From positions 231,637 through 295,636 of the forward strand of contig JAVZCO010000001.1 in assembly GCA_038874355.1 (NCBI GenBank): a stretch of DNA of 64,000 nt, read 5' to 3'. Positions 40,553 to 50,184 of this stretch are shown piece after piece (position 1 is the stretch's first letter; every line of letters starts with the position of its first letter). The stretch comes from Candidatus Pacearchaeota archaeon. Lineage in GTDB: Archaea > Nanobdellota > Nanobdellia > Pacearchaeales > GW2011-AR1. The position numbers and the translations under genes were made by a program. Below the pieces are notes generated by a model that was given only the letters and a program-made list of their open reading frames with translations, had not been told where the DNA came from and searched no databases.

Positions 40553-40825
40553 ATGGAAACAAAAAGTTATATTGAAGAGATAAAAAGATATCTTGAAAAA
40601 AATCTTGTTAAAGGATATAAATTAGAAGATTTAAAAATACAGCTAAAAAAACAAGGATATAGTGTTAGTGCTATTTCAAGAGCAATAAAAGAATTAGCAG
40701 AAAAATCAAAAGAACAACAGATTAAAGAAATAAAAAAACAAGAAATAAAAGAAGAAAAAGTTGAACCAATAAAAGAAGAAAAAATAGGATTTTTTTCAAG
40801 ATTAAAAAAATTATTTAAAATATAA
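40553..40825 (+). CDS. hypothetical small K/E-rich protein
   Basis: 90-aa ORF. Possible HTH (GYSVSAISRAIKELAEK). Confidence 0.3.
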   Translation: METKSYIEEIKRYLEKNLVKGYKLEDLKIQLKKQGYSVSAISRAIKELAEKSKEQQIKEIKKQEIKEEKVEPIKEEKIGFFSRLKKLFKI

Positions 40826-41400
40826 TGAAAAATAGAATTATAAGAAAAATAATTCATATATTGTTTGGGATAAATATTATTTTATTATTTTATATGAATA
40901 TATTAACAACAAGAATTCTTTTTTATTTTCTTTTATTAAGTATTTTTTTATCTATTTTGAGTTTAAAAATAGATATTCCTATTGTAAAAAAATTAATTAT
41001 TCATTATAAAAAAGAAAATGAAATGCCTCCTGGAAGAGGCTTTATTTTTTTCTTATTTGGTAGTTTACTTGTTTTGAAACTATTTGAAAAAGACATAGCT
41101 TTAGCTTCTATTACTATATTAACTTTCTCTGATTCTTTTGCATGTATTTTTGGTTCTTTATTTGGAAAAATTAAAATATTAAATGAAAATAAGACAATAG
41201 AAGGAACCATTTTAGGTATAATAATAGGAACAATATTAGCATCTTTTTTTGTTAATTTTATAGAATCTTTTTTGGCGTGTTCTATTGCTATGTTAGGAGA
41301 ACATTTAGAATTTAAAATATCTAAAAACACTATAGATGATAATTTAATTATTCCTTTAATTTCTGGAACAACAATTTATATATTAAGGTTATTAGTATAA
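40825..41400 (+). CDS. CTP-transferase-1 family membrane protein (CDP-archaeol synthase CarS / dolichol kinase-like)
   Basis: FSDSFACIFGSLFGKIKILNENKTIEGTILG fits the cytidylyltransferase family 1 signature. 191 aa with 5 TM helices, like CarS. Confidence 0.5.
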   Translation: MKNRIIRKIIHILFGINIILLFYMNILTTRILFYFLLLSIFLSILSLKIDIPIVKKLIIHYKKENEMPPGRGFIFFLFGSLLVLKLFEKDIALASITILTFSDSFACIFGSLFGKIKILNENKTIEGTILGIIIGTILASFFVNFIESFLACSIAMLGEHLEFKISKNTIDDNLIIPLISGTTIYILRLLV

Positions 41401-41476
41401 AAATTAAAAATATTATTTAATATTATAACTGCCTTATTTTTTATCTTTTAAATTTTTATAAATTATTAATATTTTA

Positions 41477-41556
41477 CGCCGCCGCCCGGAGTCGAACCGG
41501 GATGCCCGAAGGGCCCTGCTCTCAAGGCAGGTGGAGTACCGTTGTCCCACGGCGGC
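41477..41556 (-). tRNA. tRNA-Ser (anticodon UGA), type II with long variable arm
   Basis: Reverse complement GCCGCCG-UG-GGAC...anticodon stem CCUGC/GCAGG with loop CUUGAGA (anticodon UGA). Variable arm GCCCUUCGGGCAUC, T-arm CCCGG-UUCGACU-CCGGG, acceptor CGGCGGC+G. GC-rich island in AT-rich DNA. Confidence 0.8.
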
Positions 41557-41669
41557 ATATTTTTTAATTTATTTTTATATTTTTATATTTTTCTCTTAAA
41601 TATGGAATAAATTTAATTAGAATTAAAATTAAGAAATTGTTCGGATATTTATAAAAAAATAAAAAAACT

Positions 41670-41957
41670 TTATCCGAACAAAGCTGCCAATCCCTCTGCC
41701 GCTTCTTCTGGCTTTACTTCTTCTTTTTCTTCTTTCTCTTCTTTTTTAATTTCTTGTTGTGAGGTTGCTGTTGTGGTTACGAAACTTGCAGATTCTAATT
41801 CTTTGTCAATATCTACCCCTTTTAAAGATGCAACTATTGCTTTAATTTTTGATTCATCAATCTCCCCACCAGCTGCTTCAATAATTTTTTTTAAATTATT
41901 TTCATCTATAGGTTTTCCAAGTTTATGCAAAAGTAAAGCCGCATATATATATTCCAT
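41670..41957 (-). CDS. rpl12: 50S ribosomal stalk protein P1 (aL12)
   Basis: MEYIYAALLLHKLGKPIDENNLKKII N-terminus and acidic tail ...EEAAEGLAALFG. Confidence 0.8.
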   Translation of the reverse strand: MEYIYAALLLHKLGKPIDENNLKKIIEAAGGEIDESKIKAIVASLKGVDIDKELESASFVTTTATSQQEIKKEEKEEKEEVKPEEAAEGLAALFG

Positions 41958-41967
41958 TTTTTATCAT

Positions 41968-42735
41968 TTATTTAATTAATTTATTTAAAATATCAAAATG
42001 TGATTTTGCTTTAGCTAATAAATACTTTATATTTTCTTTGCATATATAATTTATCTTTATTGATAAAGTTAACGATTTAGATTTATTTGTTATCAATTTT
42101 TCTATGATATCTTTTCTACTAAAGTTAAGATTATTATAAATTTTATTTTCTTTTTTATAATAAGCTGCAATTGGTTTCAATCCAACATAAAATGGTTTTA
42201 TATCTAGTTTCGACATTAGTCCAGCTTTTTCTTCTGTTATTATTTCATTTTTTTTTACTATTAAACTTCTTTCTTTTATAGATATCTTTCCATCTTCTAT
42301 AACAAATTTTATTTTTAAAGAATTTAATTCAGAGATAACAGGTCCAGGGACTAAATCTGTTGGTCCAGCTTCAGCATAAATATCCTCTTCTGCAATTTGT
42401 CCTACTTTAGCTTTTACAGGATTCTTTTTTTCACTAAGTTCTATAGACAAATCAAAAGGATCTTCATTAGAAAATATTATAACACTATTTTCTTCTATAA
42501 AATCTTTCAATTTTTCTAGATTTTTGTCCTCGAAAGCCATAAACATAATTTTCTTTTTTATAACCTTAATTATTGCTTTTTCTCTCATATCTTTTTTTAT
42601 TTGTTGTAGCTGTTTATCTGGTAAACTTTTAGTAGAAGCAATTAAAATAGTATTATATTTTTTTTCTAATTCCTTTAGTTCATTAAGTAATTTTACTTTT
42701 TTTTCATTAACTTTTTTAATTTTTTTTCGTTCCAT
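41968..42735 (-). CDS. rpl10: 50S ribosomal protein uL10 (P0)
   Basis: L10/P0-like N-terminal domain (ILIASTKSLPDKQLQQIKKDMREKAIIKV). Position between L1 and L12. Confidence 0.7.
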   Translation of the reverse strand: MERKKIKKVNEKKVKLLNELKELEKKYNTILIASTKSLPDKQLQQIKKDMREKAIIKVIKKKIMFMAFEDKNLEKLKDFIEENSVIIFSNEDPFDLSIELSEKKNPVKAKVGQIAEEDIYAEAGPTDLVPGPVISELNSLKIKFVIEDGKISIKERSLIVKKNEIITEEKAGLMSKLDIKPFYVGLKPIAAYYKKENKIYNNLNFSRKDIIEKLITNKSKSLTLSIKINYICKENIKYLLAKAKSHFDILNKLIK

Positions 42736-42736
42736 T

Positions 42737-43357
42737 TTATAATTTTATAGGCTTACTCATTGTTAATTTAATTAAAATATTTTTTATATTTTGTTCTTTT
42801 TTTGGCAAAATTTCTTTAATAACATTTATTGCTTTTATTATATTTTCTGCTATTTCTTCATCTTTCATACTTCTTTTTCCTACAACAAATTTTAAACTTG
42901 GTTCTTTACTTTTTATTCTAACAGATCTTTCCATCAAAGATAAAATCTTTTTTATTTCCTCTTCTGTTTCGTTAGTAGTTATTCCTAATTGAGGTGAAGG
43001 CATTTTTCCAGCTTGCCCTAAAAATTTTCCAAGTTTTGTAGCTACTAAAGGCATTAAATTATTGCTAACAATGAAAAAATCATAACTTTTTACAAGTTTT
43101 TTTATAATTTTTTTATCATTATACTTATTCAAATCTTCTTTAGTTATACTATCTATAATAGATGTTTTTTTGTTTAATATTGCAAAAACTTTAGGCTTTT
43201 TTATAGCATAAGGAAAATTTATTATAATATTAATGCTATCTTTTTTTACATCAAAATTTTTTAAATTTATAATTAAATCAACACTCTCATCAAATTTTCT
43301 TTCTTTCGCTTCTTTTTTTAGAGTCTTAATTATTTCTAAAATTCTATCTTTATTCAT
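42737..43357 (-). CDS. rpl1: 50S ribosomal protein uL1
   Basis: FDESVDLIINLKNFDVKKD, GKFLGQAGKMP, PSLKFVVGKRSM motifs. Confidence 0.8.
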   Translation of the reverse strand: MNKDRILEIIKTLKKEAKERKFDESVDLIINLKNFDVKKDSINIIINFPYAIKKPKVFAILNKKTSIIDSITKEDLNKYNDKKIIKKLVKSYDFFIVSNNLMPLVATKLGKFLGQAGKMPSPQLGITTNETEEEIKKILSLMERSVRIKSKEPSLKFVVGKRSMKDEEIAENIIKAINVIKEILPKKEQNIKNILIKLTMSKPIKL

Positions 43358-43415
43358 TTTTATTTTTTTATTAATTTATCTACTACCAACGCGCCTTCGC
43401 CAGAAAATTAGCTTC

Positions 43416-43451
43416 GGCGATGTAGTTAGATATGGCGATGTAGTTAGATAT
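43416..43451. repeat. 2 x 18-nt tandem repeat (GGCGATGTAGTTAGATAT) in a GC-rich leader upstream of rpl1
   Basis: Read directly from the sequence. Flanked by a GCGCCTTCGCC stretch, ~60 nt upstream of the L1 start on the minus strand. Confidence 0.7.
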
Positions 43452-43599
43452 TTTTATATCTATTTTATTGATTTATAAATTTATTGTTTTTTAAATTTTT
43501 TATTTTTCATAATAATGGAAATTAAAAATAAAATTAAAATAATAAAATTATTAATTTTAAATATAAATATCTTTATAAATTAAGAATTTATTTATTTTT

Positions 43600-43950
43600 A
43601 TGGAATTTGTAGCTTTATTATCTTCAGGACAGGGAAGTTGGGGCCAAGTTGCTGGTTTAATAAACAGAGGAGAATGGGATAATATAATTTTGTTAGGTTC
43701 AAGTTTTGCGGAAAAGTTTTCTTGTGAAAAAAAACATGATTTTATTAAAATAAATATGAATCAAGGAATTATGAATTTAAAAGAAGAAATGCAAAGTAAA
43801 TTAAAAGATAAAATAAAGGGAACAGAAGTTGCTTTATCTATTGCTTCAGGTGAAGGGAAAGAACATATGGCTTTAATTTCTGCTTTATTATCTTTACCAG
43901 TTGGGGTGCGATTTGTTGTATTAACTAAAGAAGGAATTGTTTGGTTATAA
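43600..43950 (+). CDS. hypothetical protein
   Basis: 116-aa ORF, no motif recognised. Confidence 0.3.
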   Translation: MEFVALLSSGQGSWGQVAGLINRGEWDNIILLGSSFAEKFSCEKKHDFIKINMNQGIMNLKEEMQSKLKDKIKGTEVALSIASGEGKEHMALISALLSLPVGVRFVVLTKEGIVWL

Positions 43951-44109
43951 TAATAGTAAAATATATTATCATTTAAAGTTAAAAAAAGAAAAGAAAAAAA
44001 GAATTTAAAAAATTTATTATATTGAATTGCAAAGACGTAATATTTTATTTTCTCTCTAATTAAATAGCCTATCTTATTTATTTTATACTCTTATCCAAAC
44101 AATAATAAG

Positions 44110-45093
44110 TCAAAATTCATGAGGTTTAATTTTCATTTCTTTTTTGCTTCTTCCTATTAAAACAACTCTTGATTCTTTTTTTTCGTCGAGAATTTTGTAT
44201 TTTGGTTTTAATTCTTTTTCAAGAAGTTTTGCAAAACGTTTTATTTCTTTATGAGAAGGCATTGTTTCATAACCTAATCTTTTTCTTGCATAACCAACGG
44301 ACATATAACCTTTTACTTCTATAAACATTGGACTAGCTTTTTTTATTAATTTTACATATTCTTTTATTTGTTCATCTTTCATATTTAAATTTTTAACAAG
44401 TGTCATTCTTAACACCGTTCTTTGTCCTTTTTTTGTTAATCTATTCATTATTTCTAAGCTTTTGTTAAATTTTTCCCATGCATTTTTTTCTAAAGAATTA
44501 TGCCATTTTTTATAAATTTCTTTATTAGGTGTATTTAAAGAAATGTATAATTGTGTTGGTAGAGCATTTTTTCTTTCTAATTCTAATATTTTTTTAGGAT
44601 TTAAACCATTCGTGACTAAAAAAGAAGTTTTCCCTTCTTTTTTTAATTCTTTTATTAATTCTGAAATATAAGGGTAAATAGTTGGTTCCCCACTAAGAGA
44701 TATAGCAAAATGTTTTGGATTTTGTGCTTCTTCAAATTTTTTAAAATTTACTCTTTTATTTCCTTTAAAGCCAGATAGCAATTTTCTTTGTTGTTTTATA
44801 CTTTCTTCTATAATCTCTTTTGGTTTCTTAACTTCAGACTTTTTTAATTTTTTTCCTAAGTTGTATTCTATAGCACGCCAACAATGTAAACATTTATTTT
44901 GACACCACATAACTGCAGGAGACATTTGACAACATAAATGTGATTTTATTCCATAAAATTTTTCTTTGTAACAAACATTTTTTCCTAATAAAGATTTTTT
45001 TGTCCATCTACATATTTGAATTCCACAACTATCATAGAATATAGCATAATGTTGTTTTTTTAAAATTTTTAAAATTTTTTTAGGAATCTGCAT
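44110..45093 (-). CDS. taw1: tRNA 4-demethylwyosine synthase Taw1/TYW1 (radical SAM)
   Basis: ICRWTKKSLLGKNVCYKEKFYGIKSHLCCQMSPAVMWCQNKCLHCWR matches the TYW1 double-cluster signature (extra N-terminal Cys plus Cx3Cx2C). Confidence 0.8.
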   Translation of the reverse strand: MQIPKKILKILKKQHYAIFYDSCGIQICRWTKKSLLGKNVCYKEKFYGIKSHLCCQMSPAVMWCQNKCLHCWRAIEYNLGKKLKKSEVKKPKEIIEESIKQQRKLLSGFKGNKRVNFKKFEEAQNPKHFAISLSGEPTIYPYISELIKELKKEGKTSFLVTNGLNPKKILELERKNALPTQLYISLNTPNKEIYKKWHNSLEKNAWEKFNKSLEIMNRLTKKGQRTVLRMTLVKNLNMKDEQIKEYVKLIKKASPMFIEVKGYMSVGYARKRLGYETMPSHKEIKRFAKLLEKELKPKYKILDEKKESRVVLIGRSKKEMKIKPHEF

Positions 45094-45337
45094 ATAAAAT
45101 TAAAAAATTAATAACATATAAATTTAACTAAAAAAAATAAAAAAATAGAAAATTAAAAAATTTTATTTCTTTTTCTTTTTCGCTTTTTTCTTTTTTGCTG
45201 CCATTTTTTACCTCTTTTTTGTTTTTTATTAAAAAAATAAACATTCTATTCTTTAAATATTTTTTGTTTTTTATTATTTTATTTGTATCTTTTTAATTTT
45301 TCATTATCTTATATTCCGTCGATAAAAATTTTTAATT

Positions 45338-46720
45338 TTATTTAAAAAAAGAAATAAAAAACCAAATAAAAGTGATTACTAAAAAAATAAAAAGTATTAA
45401 AGAACTTACGATTTTATAGAATTTTTCTGCAAATTTTTTTGATTTTGTTAGAATTAAAATACTAACATAAAAAAACCTACCACCATCTAATACAGAACAA
45501 GGAACCATATTAAAAAAAGCCATTCCAATATTTATTAAAATTATCCAAAATAATAAATTCTTTATAAATAAAATTAGATTATGAGCAAATTTTGGTTTAT
45601 AATCAATAAATGGAATTAAACTATAAATTATTTTAGAAATAAAATTAGATTTTATTTGGTAAGATGATATACCAATATAAGGTTTTGTACTATTTAAAGG
45701 ATGGTTTGCTAAAATTATCTCATAGTCTTCTATAGTATTATTATATAAAGTTTTTATTTTTATTTTTTCTCCAGGAGAATAATTTTTCAAAATTTTTTCT
45801 AATTCTTTAGAATCTTTTATTTTTTCTCCATTTATCTCAATAATATAACCTCTCAATTTATTTTTTAAAGCAGGACTATCTTCTAAAACAGGAATAATAG
45901 AAATATTATTTTCTAATATTTTTTTTAATGTAGAATTATCTATAAAATAACTTTTGTTATTTGCTTTTATTTCTATTAATTCTAGATTATCAATAATAAA
46001 TGTATTATTTGTTATTTTATCTATTGAAGAAACATTTATATAAGAACCGCCATAACCCGTTATTGTTGCCCCCATTGGAGTAAATGTTAAGTGTATAAAA
46101 ATTACAGAAATAAAAATAAAAAAAATTCCTACAATAAGGTTAGCAAAAGTTCCTGCAGCTGTTGCAGCCAATTGTTTACTATTTTTCATTTTTTTAATAT
46201 CTTTTTCTTCTGGATCTACAAAAGCAGCTAAAAAAGGACCTAAAAAAGCAAATCCCGTAGATTTTATTCTAACATTTTCTTTTTTGAAGAATATTCCATG
46301 AAAAAATTCATGACTTATAGAAGCTATTGCAATTATTATTATCCAATATGTAAAATAAAATGGAGGTAATATTTGAATTTTAAAAATTTCTGTAAAATAA
46401 GGTACTAGAGGAAAGATAGGAGGAGCTTTTACTAAATTTGTATATGTTTCTGGAGAAAAAATAAAAATTTTTAAAATAGTATAAATTAAATATATTCCAA
46501 TAATCATCAGTATAAAACCACTTATTATTATTATTTTTTCCAACGGATTTAAAATTTTTTCTTTTTTTGATATCTTATTTATTAGCTTTATGCCAAATTT
46601 TGTTCTATAAAGAATGAAAGGTTTTTCGAATTTTATCTTTTTTCTTTTTTTATAAAGAAAAATAGAAAAAAAAATTACGAAAAGGAAAAAGAATAACCCA
46701 TCATAAAAATAAAAATTCAT
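45338..46720 (-). CDS. M50-family site-2 protease (RseP-like) with PDZ domain
   Basis: HEFFHG (HExxH) lies in a TM helix. A central soluble PDZ-like segment and a C-terminal TM with LDGG-type motif (SVLDGGRFFY). Confidence 0.6.
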   Translation of the reverse strand: MNFYFYDGLFFFLFVIFFSIFLYKKRKKIKFEKPFILYRTKFGIKLINKISKKEKILNPLEKIIIISGFILMIIGIYLIYTILKIFIFSPETYTNLVKAPPIFPLVPYFTEIFKIQILPPFYFTYWIIIIAIASISHEFFHGIFFKKENVRIKSTGFAFLGPFLAAFVDPEEKDIKKMKNSKQLAATAAGTFANLIVGIFFIFISVIFIHLTFTPMGATITGYGGSYINVSSIDKITNNTFIIDNLELIEIKANNKSYFIDNSTLKKILENNISIIPVLEDSPALKNKLRGYIIEINGEKIKDSKELEKILKNYSPGEKIKIKTLYNNTIEDYEIILANHPLNSTKPYIGISSYQIKSNFISKIIYSLIPFIDYKPKFAHNLILFIKNLLFWIILINIGMAFFNMVPCSVLDGGRFFYVSILILTKSKKFAEKFYKIVSSLILFIFLVITFIWFFISFFK

Positions 46721-46732
46721 TTTATTTTTAAT

Positions 46733-46897
46733 TTATTTTTTTCTTATTTGTCTAAAATTTTTTTTCCCACACCTTCTACATTTAACTTTTTTTTCTATTA
46801 TTTTTTTCGGATCGGCTCTTATTTTTGCAGAACAGTTTTTGCAAATAAAAACATTTTTAAATAACCTTATTTGTGCAGCCTGTATTTTTGTTGCCAT
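46733..46897 (-). CDS. rpl40e: 50S ribosomal protein eL40 (54 aa, not in the ORF track)
   Basis: Manual translation MATKIQAAQIRLFKNVFICKNCSAKIRADPKKIEKKVKCRRCGKKNFRQIRKK shows the C4 zinc ribbon and RLF...IC..C...N pattern of L40e. Confidence 0.55.
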   Translation of the reverse strand: MATKIQAAQIRLFKNVFICKNCSAKIRADPKKIIEKKVKCRRCGKKNFRQIRKK

Positions 46898-46898
46898 T

Positions 46899-47336
46899 TT
46901 ATAATTTTCTTTTTATTATTTTACCACATCCCTCTACATCCCAATATTCAACATTATCATTTTCTTTTATATCTTGTTTTAAAGATTCGTCTATTAAAAT
47001 ATCAAAAGTTTCAAATGTTTCTAAATCCATTATACTTGCTTTATTTCCATATAAAGATAAAACTTGTGCTCTAACTTTTTTTATCATTGGAACTTCATAT
47101 CTCTCATGTCCAGAAGCTGCAATAATTTTCTTTTTTCCATCAAAAATATTTATTGCTTCTATTCTAGCTTTTGCTGCTCCATGTTTTCCAGTTTTACTTA
47201 TATCTATACTTTTTACAATACAAGGTTCTTTATCTATCATTATTATATTACCTTCTTTAACATTAGTGGCATCTATAAGTCTTAGTGGCATATAAGTTCT
47301 TAAAAAAATAAGTTTATAAAGTTTGCTAGAATTCAA
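46899..47336 (-). CDS. eif5a: translation initiation factor 5A (aIF-5A)
   Basis: Hypusination loop SKTGKHGAAKARIE. The real start is possibly the internal Met (MPLRLIDATNVKEG). Confidence 0.8.
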   Translation of the reverse strand: MNSSKLYKLIFLRTYMPLRLIDATNVKEGNIIMIDKEPCIVKSIDISKTGKHGAAKARIEAINIFDGKKKIIAASGHERYEVPMIKKVRAQVLSLYGNKASIMDLETFETFDILIDESLKQDIKENDNVEYWDVEGCGKIIKRKL

Positions 47337-47345
47337 AAAAATAAG

Positions 47346-47966
47346 ATGGTATTAAAAAAAGGAGATTTTATTGAAATAGAATTTTTAGGAAAAACAGAAG
47401 ATGGGGAAATATTTGATACAAATATTAAAGAAGAATTAAAAAAAATGAATATAGATTCAGAAAGAAAAACAATCATTTGTATAGGAGAAGGAATGATATT
47501 AAAATCAATAGATAATTTTTTATTAGGAAAAGATTTAGGAGAATATATCTTAAAATTAAAACCAGAAGAAGCATTTGGTTTGAGAAAAAAAGAATTAATA
47601 AAGTTAATGCCTATTTCTGTTTTTAAAAATTCAAAAGAAAAATTGCAACCAGGAATGATTTTTTCTTTTGATAATATTTTAGGAAAAATAATTTCTATAA
47701 GTGGAGGAAGGGTATTAGTTGATTTTAATAATCCTCTTGCAGGAAAAAATATTATTTATGAAATAAATATAAAATCAAAAATTGAAGATATAAATGAAAA
47801 AATAAAAGCATTAATGAATTATTTTTTTAAAAGAGAATTTGAATATGAAATTAAAGATAAAAAATTAATCATTGAAGCAGAAAAAAATTTTTTCAGTTTT
47901 ATTAATTTATTTAAAGATAATTTTAAGAGAATTCTTGATTTAGAAATAGAAATTAAAGAAAAATAA
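47346..47966 (+). CDS. FKBP-type peptidyl-prolyl cis-trans isomerase (SlyD/FkpA-like)
   Basis: MVLKKGDFIEIEFLGKTEDGEIFDTN, a typical FKBP N-terminus, with an insert-in-flap domain. Confidence 0.7.
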   Translation: MVLKKGDFIEIEFLGKTEDGEIFDTNIKEELKKMNIDSERKTIICIGEGMILKSIDNFLLGKDLGEYILKLKPEEAFGLRKKELIKLMPISVFKNSKEKLQPGMIFSFDNILGKIISISGGRVLVDFNNPLAGKNIIYEINIKSKIEDINEKIKALMNYFFKREFEYEIKDKKLIIEAEKNFFSFINLFKDNFKRILDLEIEIKEK

Positions 47967-48039
47967 AGAAGAAAAATAAATTTTTTTACATTAATTATAA
48001 AATATAAAACTTTATAAACTAATTACATTTATTTTTATT

Positions 48040-49134
48040 ATGGCAGCAGAATTGCATATGCTAAATAACGAACTTTCTGAAATTGATAGAGAATTAGAAG
48101 AATTATTAAAGAACCAAGTTTCTAGAATAAAAGTATTTGGTATTGGTGGTGGTGGAGGTAATACTATAACAAGAATGAAAGAAATAGGTATAAAAGGATG
48201 TGAAATGATTGCTGTAAATACAGATGCTCAAGATTTGCTTTATACTAATGCTGATTATAAAATACTAATAGGAAGAGAATTAACAAGAGGATTGGGTGCG
48301 GGTAGTAATCCTAAGATAGGAGAAGAAGCAGCAAAAGAATCAGAACATGAAATAAAGAAAAAATTATCAAATACAGATTTAATTTTTATCACTTGCGGTT
48401 TAGGTGGTGGTACAGGAACTGGTGCAGCTCCAGTTATTGCAGAAATGGCAAAAAAACAAGGAGCTTTAGTAATAGGAGTTGTTACATTCCCATTTACAAT
48501 AGAAGGAAGAAAAAGAATTGAAAATGCAAATTATGGTTTAGAGAAATTAGAGGATTGTGTTGATACATTGATAATAATACCAAATGATAAATTATTAGAA
48601 TTAGCTCCAGAATTACCTTTACAAACCGCTTTTAAAGTAGCAGACGAAATATTGACTAATGCTGTAAAAGGAATAGCAGAATTAATAACAAAAGCCGGAC
48701 TTGTGAACTTAGATTTTGCAGATGTTAAAGCAGTTATGACTAACGGAGGTGTTTCTTTAATTGGTATGGGGGAATCAGATTCACAAGAGAGAGCGGAAGA
48801 AGCTGTAGAAAAAGCGTTAGAAAATCCTTTATTAGATGTAGATATAACAAATGCTACAGGAGCTTTAGTAAATATAGTGGGTGGTCCAGATCTAAGTTTA
48901 GAAGAAGCAAAACTAATAATAGAAAAAGTTGGTTCTAAATTAGATCCAGAAGCAAAATTAATATGGGGTGCTCAAATTAGTGAAGATATGGAAAAAGCAA
49001 TAAGAGTTATGATTATTGTTACAGGAGTTAAATCAAGCCAGATAGTTGGAAAAGAATTATCAAAAACAAAAAAAGAATTAGAAAGTATGGAAGATGAATT
49101 TGGTATAGAATTTTTTGAAGAAAAAAATTTATAA
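48040..49134 (+). CDS. ftsZ: cell division GTPase FtsZ
   Basis: GGGTGTGAAPVIAEMAK tubulin signature, GIGGGGGNTI, NTDAQ. Confidence 0.9.
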   Translation: MAAELHMLNNELSEIDRELEELLKNQVSRIKVFGIGGGGGNTITRMKEIGIKGCEMIAVNTDAQDLLYTNADYKILIGRELTRGLGAGSNPKIGEEAAKESEHEIKKKLSNTDLIFITCGLGGGTGTGAAPVIAEMAKKQGALVIGVVTFPFTIEGRKRIENANYGLEKLEDCVDTLIIIPNDKLLELAPELPLQTAFKVADEILTNAVKGIAELITKAGLVNLDFADVKAVMTNGGVSLIGMGESDSQERAEEAVEKALENPLLDVDITNATGALVNIVGGPDLSLEEAKLIIEKVGSKLDPEAKLIWGAQISEDMEKAIRVMIIVTGVKSSQIVGKELSKTKKELESMEDEFGIEFFEEKNL

Positions 49135-49176
49135 TTTTTTAGTTAAATTTATATTCTCAAATTTTCTTTATTATTT

Positions 49177-50184
49177 ATGGAAAAAGAGGCATTGTTTTAT
49201 AATAAAATTTCTAAAAAAATTGTACAATGTAGATTATGTCCTAATTATTGTACTTTAAATGAAGGAGAGAAAGGAAAGTGTAATGTAAGAATTAATAAAA
49301 ATGGAAAATTAATCTCCTTAGTTTATGAGAGACCATGCTCATTAGCTATAGATCCTATAGAAAAAAAACCATTATTCCATTTTTTACCAGGGAAAAAAAC
49401 TTTAAGTATAGCTACATTTGGTTGTAATTTAAAATGTAAACATTGCCAAAATTATGAAATTTCACAATTAACTAATAACGTAATAAGTTTTAAAGTTAAA
49501 GTAAAAGATGTAGTAAAATATGCAATAAAGAATAAATCAAAAATAATTTCTTATACTTATACTGAACCAACGATATTTTATGAATATATGTTAGATATAT
49601 GTAAAGAAGCAAATAAATCCAAATTAAGGAATGTTACAGTAACAAATGGTTACATCAATAAAGAACCTTTGTTAAAATTATGTAAATATATTGATGCATC
49701 AAATATTGATATAAAAAGTATAAAAAATGAATTTTATGAGACTATTTGTAATGCAAAATTGAACCCTATTTTAGAATCTATAAAGTTAATGAAAAAAGAA
49801 GGCGTTTGGATAGAATTAACTAATCTTATTATTCCTGGATTTAATGATTCTGATGAAGAAATTTTTAAATTATCTTCATGGGTTTTAAGCAATTTAGGTG
49901 ACGAAGTTCCTCTACATTTTTCGGCTTTTTTTCCAAATTATGAGATGCTAAATATTAGACCGACTCCAAAAGAAAAAGTAATAAGAGCTAGAGAAATAGC
50001 CTTATCTTTAGGATTAAAATATGTATACACAGGAAATATAAACTTTGAAGAAGGAGAAACAACATATTGTCCTGATTGTAAAAAACCTTTAATAATAAGA
50101 AGAAGATATAATATAATAGAGAATAAAATTAAGAGAGGAAAATGTCCTTTTTGCAAAAGAGAAATTGCTGGTATTTGGGATTAA
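49177..50184 (+). CDS. AmmeMemoRadiSam-system-type radical SAM enzyme (PFL-activase-like)
   Basis: N-terminal CRLCPNYC...GKC Cys cluster plus canonical Cx3Cx2C (CNLKCKHCQN). C-terminal CPDC...CPFC. Confidence 0.65.
   Translation: MEKEALFYNKISKKIVQCRLCPNYCTLNEGEKGKCNVRINKNGKLISLVYERPCSLAIDPIEKKPLFHFLPGKKTLSIATFGCNLKCKHCQNYEISQLTNNVISFKVKVKDVVKYAIKNKSKIISYTYTEPTIFYEYMLDICKEANKSKLRNVTVTNGYINKEPLLKLCKYIDASNIDIKSIKNEFYETICNAKLNPILESIKLMKKEGVWIELTNLIIPGFNDSDEEIFKLSSWVLSNLGDEVPLHFSAFFPNYEMLNIRPTPKEKVIRAREIALSLGLKYVYTGNINFEEGETTYCPDCKKPLIIRRRYNIIENKIKRGKCPFCKREIAGIWD

Noticed and set aside
43233-43478. 81-aa + strand ORF containing GDVVRYGDVVRY
   Set aside because: Reads through the 18-nt tandem repeat and the antisense of rpl1; an artefact of the repeat.
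45160-45204. Tiny minus-strand ORF MAAKKKKAKKKKK
   Set aside because: 13 aa of poly-Lys from an A-run; no resemblance to L41e or other known micro-proteins.
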